Assembly (NCBI GenBank): GCA_048213135.1
Contig: PS015025.1
Coordinates: 30,582-87,868 of the forward strand
Direction of reading: 5' to 3'
DNA: 57,287 nt
Origin: Reclinomonas americana ATCC 50394
Lineage: Eukaryota
Below are positions 50,001 to 57,287 of the stretch, piece by piece. Each line of letters begins with the position of its first letter. Position 1 is the stretch's first letter. Below the pieces are notes generated by a model, which saw only the letters and a program-made list of their open reading frames with translations, made no database searches and was not told where the DNA came from. A program made the translations under genes and the position numbers.

Positions 50001-53000
50001 TTGTGCCGGTGTGCCGTCACTTGTCGCCGCAACCACTCGGTAATAGTACACCGTGTCCGGTGTGAGGCCGGTGAGTGCTGCTGACACAGCAACATCCGTA
50101 GACGCCGGTCCACTCACACTCGCTGGCGTAACAGTGGGTGCCGACTGAATCGTGCCACTCGCAAACGTGGGCGATGTCGAGTACTCGATCGTCACACTCA
50201 CACCTGGTCCGTTCTGCACATTCACCGTGCCATGCAACACTGCCTGTACAGCAGTCACTTGCGTTGCTCCACCAGTCGTCGCAACCGTTGCCAACTTCAA
50301 TGTCGTAAATGTGACCGACGTGCTGTACTGCGCCGGCGTGCCGTCACTCGTCGCCGCCACCACTCGATAGTAATACACCGTGTCAGGAGTCAGACCCGCA
50401 AGCGCAGCTGACACAGCCACATCTGTAGACGCTGGTCCACTCACACTCGCCGGTGTCACGGAGGGTGCCAACTGAATCATACCACTCGCAAATATCGACG
50501 ACGTCGAATACTCGATCGTCACACTCACTGCTGGTCCATTCTGCACATTCACCGTACCGTGCAACACTGCCTGCACAGCCGTCACTTGCGTTGCTCCACC
50601 AGTCGTCGCAGCCGTCGCGAGCTTCAACGTCGTGAACGTAGCCGACGTGCTGTATTGTGCTGGCGTGCCGTCGCTTGTCGCCGCAACCACTCGGTAATAG
50701 TACACCGTGTCGGGTGTGAGGCCGGTGAGTGCCGCAGATACAGTCACATCTGTAGACGCCGGTCCACTCACATTCGCCGGTGTCACGGAGGGTGCTGACT
50801 GAATCGTGCCAATCGCAAATGTCGAAGACGTCGAATAATCGATCGTCACACTCACACCTGGTCCGTTCTGCACATTCACCGTGCCATGCAACACTGCCTG
50901 CACAGCAGTCACTTGCGTCGCTCCTCCGGTCGTGGTAGCCGTGGCCAGCTTCAGTGTCGTGAACGTGGCTGACACGCTGTATTGTGCCGGTGTACCGTCG
51001 CTCGTCGCTGCCACCACTCGGTAGTAGTACACCGTATCGGGCGTCAGACCACTCAACGCAGCTGACACAGCAGCATCCGTAGACGCCGGTCCACTCACAT
51101 TCGCCGGTGTCACGGAGGGTGCCGACTGAATCGTGCCACTCGCAAACGTGGACGATGTCGAGTACTCGATCGTCACACTCACACCTGGCCCGTTCTGCAC
51201 ATTCACCGTGCCGTGCAACAATGCCTGTACAGCTGTCACCTGCGTTGCGCCACCAGTCGTCGCAGCCGTCGCAAGTTTCAGTGTCGTGAACGTGGCCGAC
51301 GTGCTATATTGTGCCGGTGTGCCGTCACTTGTCGCAACGACAACTCGGTAATAGTACACCGTGTCGGGTGTGAGGCCGGTGAGTGCTGCAGATACAGCCA
51401 CATCCGTAGACGCTGGCCCACTCACACTCGCCGGTGTCACAGTGGGCGCCGACTGAACCGTGCCACTCGCAAATGTCGAAGACGTCGAATACTCGACAGT
51501 CACACTCACTGCTGGTCCATTCTGCACATTCACTGTACCATGCAACAATGCCTGCACAGCAGTCACTTGCGTCGCTCCACCAGTCGTGGTTGCTGTTGCA
51601 AGCTTCAGAGTCGTGAATGTCGTCGACGTGCTGTACTGCGCCGGCGTGCCGTCACTCGTCGCCGCAACCACTCGGTAATAGTATACCGTGTCGGGTGTGA
51701 GGCCGGTGAGTGCCGCAGATACAGTCACGTCCGTAGACGCCGGTCCACTCACACTCGCCGGTGTCACGGAGGGTGCCAACAGAATCGTGCCACTCGCAAA
51801 CGTGGACGATGTCGAGTACTCGATCGTCACACTCACACCTGGTCCGTTCTGCACATTCACCGTGCCATGCAACACTGCCTGTACAGCAGTCACTTGCGTC
51901 GCACCACCAGTAGTAGCAGCCGTCGCAAGTTTCAACGTCGTGAACGTGGCCGATGTGCTGAATTGTGCCGGCGTGCCGTCACTCGTCGCCGCAACCACTC
52001 GGTAATAGTACACCGTGTCGGGTGTGAGGCCGGTGAGTGCTGCAGATGCAGCCACATCCGTAGACGCCGGTCCACTCACACTCGCCGGTGTCACGGAGGG
52101 TGCCAACTGAATCATACCACTCGCAAATATCGACGACGTCGAATACTCGATCGTCACACTCACTGCTGGTCCATTCTGCACATTCACCGTGCCATGCAAC
52201 ACTGCCTGCACAGCCGTCACTTGCGTTGCTCCACCAGTCGTCGCAGCTGTCGCGAGCTTCAACGTCGTGAACGTAGCCGACGTGCTGAATTGTGCCTGCG
52301 TGCCGTCACTTGTCGCCGCAACCACTCGGTAATAGTACACCGTGTCCGGTGTGAGGCCGGTGAGTGCTGCTGACACAGCCACATCTGTAGACGCCGGTCC
52401 ACTCACATTTGCTGGCGTAACACTGGGTGCCAACTGAATCATGCCACTCGCAAATGTGGACGATGTCGAGTACTCGATCGTCACACTCACACCTGGCCCG
52501 TTCTGCACATTCACTGTGCCGTGCAACACTGCCTGCACAGCAGTCACTTGCGTTGCACCACCAGTAGTAGCAGCCGTCGCAAGTTTCAACGTCGTGAACG
52601 TGGCCGATGTGCTGTACTGCGCCGGCGTGCCGTCACTCGTCGCCGCAACCACTCGGTAGTAGTACACCGTGTCGGGTGTGAGGCCGGTGAGTGCTGCAGA
52701 TACAGCCACATCCGTAGACGCTGGTCCACTCACACTCGCCGGCGTTACGGAGGGTGCTGACTGAATCATGCCACTCGCAAAAGTGGACGATGTCGAGTAC
52801 TCGATCGTCACACTCACACCTGGTCCGTTCTGCACATTCACCGTGCCATGCAACACTGCCTGTACAGCAGTCACTTGCGTTGCTCCACCAGTCGTCGCAA
52901 CCGTTGCCAACTTCAATGTCGTAAATGTGACCGACGTGCTGTACTGCGCCGGCGTGCCGTCACTCGTCGCCGCAACCACTCGATAGTAATACACCGTGTC

Positions 53001-56000
53001 GGGGGTCAAACCCACAAGCGCAGCTGACACAGCCACATCTGTAGACGCTGGTCCACTCACACTCGCCGGTGTCACGGAGGGTGCCAACTGAATCATACCA
53101 CTCGCAAATATCGACGACGTCGAATACTCGATCGTCACACTCACTGCTGGTCCATTCTGCACATTCACCGTGCCATGCAACACTGCCTGCACAGCCGTCA
53201 CTTGCGTTGCTCCACCAGTCGTCGCAGCTGTCGCGAGCTTCAACGTCGTGAGCGTGACTGACGTGCTGTACTGCGTCGGCGTGCCGTCACTCGTCGCTGC
53301 CACAACTCGGTAATAGTACACCGTGTCGGGCGTCAGACCACTCAACGCAGCAGATACAGCCACATCCGTAGACGCCGGTCCACTCACACTCGCTGGCGTA
53401 ACAGTGGATGCCAACTGAATCGTGCCACTCGCAAACGTGGACGATGTCGAATACTCGATCGTCACACTCACACCTGGCCCGTTCTGCACATTCACCGTGC
53501 CGTGCAACACTGCCTGCACAGCAGTCACTTGCGTCGCTCCACCAGTCGTCGCAACCGTTGCCAANNNNNNNNNNNNNNNNNNNNNNNNNNNNNNNNNNNN
53601 NNNNNNNNNNNNNNNNNNNNNNNNNNNNNNNNNNNNNNNNNNNNNNNNNNNNNNNNNNNNNNNNNNNNNNNNNNNNNNNNNNNNNNNNNNNNNNNNNNNN
53701 NNNNNNNNNNNNNNNNNNNNNNNNNNNNNNNNNNNNNNNNNNNNNNNNNNNNNNNNNNNNNNNNNNNNNNNNNNNNNNNNNNNNNNNNNNNNNNNNNNNN
53801 NNNNNNNNNNNNNNNNNNNNNNNNNNNNNNNNNNNNNNNNNNNNNNNNNNNNNNNNNNNNNNNNNNNNNNNNNNNNNNNNNNNNNNNNNNNNNNNNNNNN
53901 NNNNNNNNNNNNNNNNNNNNNNNNNNNNNNNNNNNNNNNNNNNNNNNNNNNNNNNNNNNNNNNNNNNNNNNNNNNNNNNNNNNNNNNNNNNNNNNNNNNN
54001 NNNNNNNNNNNNNNNNNNNNNNNNNNNNNNNNNNNNNNNNNNNNNNNNNNNNNNNNNNNNNNNNNNNNNNNNNNNNNNNNNNNNNNNNNNNNNNNNNNNN
54101 NNNNNNNNNNNNNNNNNNNNNNNNNNNNNNNNNNNNNNNNNNNNNNNNNNNNNNNNNNNNNNNNNNNNNNNNNNNNNNNNNNNNNNNNNNNNNNNNNNNN
54201 NNNNNNNNNNNNNNNNNNNNNNNNNNNNNNNNNNNNNNNNNNNNNNNNNNNNNNNNNNNNNNNNNNNNNNNNNNNNNNNNNNNNNNNNNNNAACGACAAC
54301 TCGGTAATAGTACACCGTATCGGGCGTCAGACCACTCAACGCAGCTGACACAGCCACATCTGTAGACGCCGGTCCGCTCACACTCGCCGGCGTCACGGAG
54401 GGTGCCGACTGAATCGTGCCACTCGCAAACGTGGACGATGTCGAGTACTCGATCGTCACACTCACACCTGGTCCGTTCTGCACATTCACCGTGCCATGCA
54501 ACAATGCCTGCACAGCAGTCACTTGCGTCGCTCCACCAGTCGTGGTTGCTGTTGCAAGCTTCAGTGTCGCGAATGTCGTCGACGTGCTGAATTGTGCCGG
54601 CGTGCCGTCACTTGTCGCCGCAACCACTCGGTAATAGTACACCGTGTCCGGTGTGAGGCCGGTGAGTGCTGCAGATACAGCCACATCCGTAGACGCCGGT
54701 CCACTCACACTCGCCGGCGTCACGGAGGGTGCCGACTGAATCGTGCCACTCGCAAACGTGGACGATGTCGAGTACTCGATCGTCACACTCACACCTGGTC
54801 CGTTCTGCACATTCACCGTGCCGTGCAACACTGCCTGTACAGCCGTCACCTGTGTCGCTCCTCCAGCCGTGGTAGCCGTCGCCAGGTTTACCGTCGTGAA
54901 GGACACTGGGGCTGGAATCTGAAGACTGGCCCCACCACCGCTCTCCGAAATCGAGCGAACATAGTATGTCGTGTTGGGCAGCAATCCAGTTACAGTGGCA
55001 GTAACAGCAGTGTCAGTCATGCCAGTCACTGTTGCAGGCGAGATACCTGTCGACAGCGTCGTGACATTGTTGCTAAATGTACTGGAGGTCGAGTACTGAA
55101 AAGAAACCGTCACGGCTGGTCCTCCGTTTGCATTCACCGACGCACTCAACACTGCACTGGTGGCGGCGAAAGAGGCTGGTGACACTGTTGTCGATGACGA
55201 GAGAGGAGGCGTGGCGAATGCAAGGCCGGAGCTCACTTGCACGTCGCTTCCACTGGTAGCGATGACGCGGAAGTAGTAGAGAGTGTTAGGTACCAGTGGA
55301 CTGACAGTTGCCGACACCGAAGTCGCGGTGGCGCCGGTAACGGTGGCGGGTGATACTGCCGAAACGGCAACGACTCCAGTGGTGAATGCAGCTGAAGTCG
55401 TGTATTCCATGGTCACCGTAGCCGCAGGACCGTTCTGCGCGTTTGCGATACCGCGCAGTACTGACGATGTTGCACCGGATACGGTGGGCGCCGACGTAGT
55501 CACAGTCGGACTGAGATACGTATCCATCTGCGTGGTGCCGACCTTGAAGTATGTGCCAACAGTTGGTGCATACTGCACACACACGCTAAACAGGGCTGGA
55601 ACAGTTCCAGCCGGCAGTGACAGGCCGGTGCCACCAATCGTCACTGTCAACTGCGAAGCAGTAGCATCAGCCGTCACGCTCGACGCGGTGGTCGAGAGTG
55701 GGTTTGTTGAGGTGCACAATGCGCCTGGCTCCAGCTGAACGCCGAGAACTTGACTTGCTGGCTGAAGATTGGAGCCGCTGACGACAAATGATGCCGTTGG
55801 ATCTCGGGCTTTGATCAATGCCGGGCTGAATGACTCGCCAAGAGCTGTAGAGACGCGTGGAATGAATTGAAAGTGTGAGAACGCTCTGTCAATGAACTGC
55901 GAGAATGAAGAGAGAAAAACGCAACTGACAACTAGATTTGCACTGCCGACTTTGAAGTATGAACCGCTTGCGGAGAACCGGATGCAGACCCTGTAATACA

Positions 56001-57287
56001 GAGGCATCCACGTGAGACCCAGAATCAACCGTGCACAAACTACTACTACGCACGAGAGATTGCCACCAGGCACAATGCCGACCGCAACCGGCACGACCAG
56101 CTGCTGACGATTGCCGGTTACCACAAATACGCCGGTTGGTAACACCTGATTCATGGGGAGCGGTCCACCTGGTGTACACGTGCTTGAGCGCTCCAGGAGC
56201 ACATTATCCGTGGAAGTGAAGAACGACCCAGTGAGCGTCAGCGTCACAGATGAGTCTCCTCCGCGGACGAGGATCGGTGAGAAGGCAGTGGCGGAGCCTG
56301 TACGTATATCATGCGATTAGTGCTTCCAGCTGGAGAAGATATTCGGTGCGAGCGCGAGTGAGCTTGAGCAGCACGCACCGACTTCAACGCCCAAGGCCAG
56401 CTGGTACGCTTCGCTGGCGGACCAACGCACACACAGCTGCTTGGCACCGACGGCATTCGCCCCCGACGCATCGACAGTCATGGAGTACGTGGTGGCGCTG
56501 ACAGCATTGATGTTGCTAATGGGAGCAACGCTTGAAACGCTGCTGCAGTTGTCGGAGATGACAAATGCAGCTCCGTCTGCCGCAGTACTGACAAAGCCTT
56601 GCCCGGTTACGGTGAGTACACGAGCAAGCAACGGCTCCAACTTGGCGGGAGTGGTGGAAGAGAAGGCAGCTACACACGTGATGCACACAGCATTAAGTCA
56701 GCACTCAGATAAAGGCAAACGAGAAGCAAAGACTCCGAACCAACAGACAACGCAGCAACATCCACATACGCAGCCGTCGAGGCCCACCGAATGCACATCC
56801 GAAACGCCGCCCCAGAGGAGGCGCTGGCATCGACAGACACCAGCATCGAGTTTGTGCTTAGATATGAGCCAGGAGTGATAGTAACACCGCTGGCCACAGT
56901 TGGCGAAGTCGCCGAGGGTGTGGAGCAACTGGCCGCCAACACCACGGCTGACGAGTCGTATGAACCAGCACCCAAGTCGGCCAGCGACAGCGTGACAAGC
57001 CCGCCACCGCTAATGGTGACCACTTGTGAAGCGCGATTGAGCACAGCCGGCACGGACAGGTTTGACACGACAGCTGTGCGGAAACAGGGGACACGCGTGA
57101 GACAGGCGCAATGTGCAAGTCTCGAAACGGGTCATATCTCACCGACACTGAGCGGAGACACAAGCGAATACTGCGAATGCGCGGAGCTGCTCCACCGAAT
57201 GCACAGCGAATATGCACCTGCCGTCACGGAGGTGGCGTCGACCGTCAGCATCATGGATGTCGGCAATGTTGCAGTTGAGACGGCGAT
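41006..57287 (-). CDS. Giant type I membrane surface protein: IPT/TIG-like domains, FN3 repeat array, single TM and repetitive cytoplasmic tail (5' end outside window)
   Basis: TM VPVIVGVVVACCCGVILVATLVTMWVVL followed by RRRKK (~42260-42345). Continuous minus-strand exons from 57287. FN3 signature LTGLTPDTVYYYRVVA; IPT-like PRIDSVSPSTI..TVTIDG and SFSPALI..FVVSGSNL. Continuity across gaps is inferred. Confidence 0.8.
46160..54890 (-). repeat. Coding tandem array of 327-bp (109-aa) FN3-like units: 20 visible, about 27 if gap sizes are right
   Basis: Exact 327-bp period (e.g. antisense ORF starts at 48517, 48844, 49171, 49498, 49825, 50152). Three N gaps fall inside the array. Confidence 0.97.

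Noticed and set aside
48491-54634. Series of 60-72 aa plus-strand ORFs (MPLANVDDVEY...)
   Set aside because: Antisense shadows of the FN3 units; they recur only because the repeat does.
46160-54890. Regular repeats as a CRISPR array or satellite
   Set aside because: Units are 327-bp in-frame coding repeats with mostly synonymous or conservative variation, no unique spacers and no cas genes.

Overview
Gappy draft scaffold from a gene-dense, GC-rich unicellular eukaryote, probably flagellated (it has ZMYND10). It is not prokaryotic: genes are split by many short (~50-130 nt) spliceosomal introns and read in the standard code. I reconstructed about 20 genes by hand, so exon boundaries are manual. 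In order: ZMYND10-like (no MYND finger), RRM protein, WD40 protein, low-complexity orphan, secreted orphan, RING/TRAF-zinc-finger protein, two tandem G-alpha genes, Rab8/RabE-like GTPase, diacylglycerol kinase, long coiled-coil protein, SENP8-like protease, USP deubiquitinase, two orphans, type II membrane FkbM-family methyltransferase, TMEM260-like O-mannosyltransferase, secreted acidic CxxC protein, and a giant (>16 kb, 5'-truncated) single-pass surface protein with IPT/TIG-like domains and at least 20 near-identical 109-aa FN3 repeats. Three signals stand out. (1) Roughly a third of the introns I could place use a +1-shifted 5' splice site (GTTGCG/GTTGAG/GTTACG), mostly where the last exon base is not G. 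(2) FkbM methyltransferase, TMEM260 and the giant IPT/FN3 protein may form a surface-glycoprotein module. (3) The FN3 array is a ~10 kb intron-free block of bacterial-looking repeats. I saw no RNA genes, CRISPR arrays or transposases.
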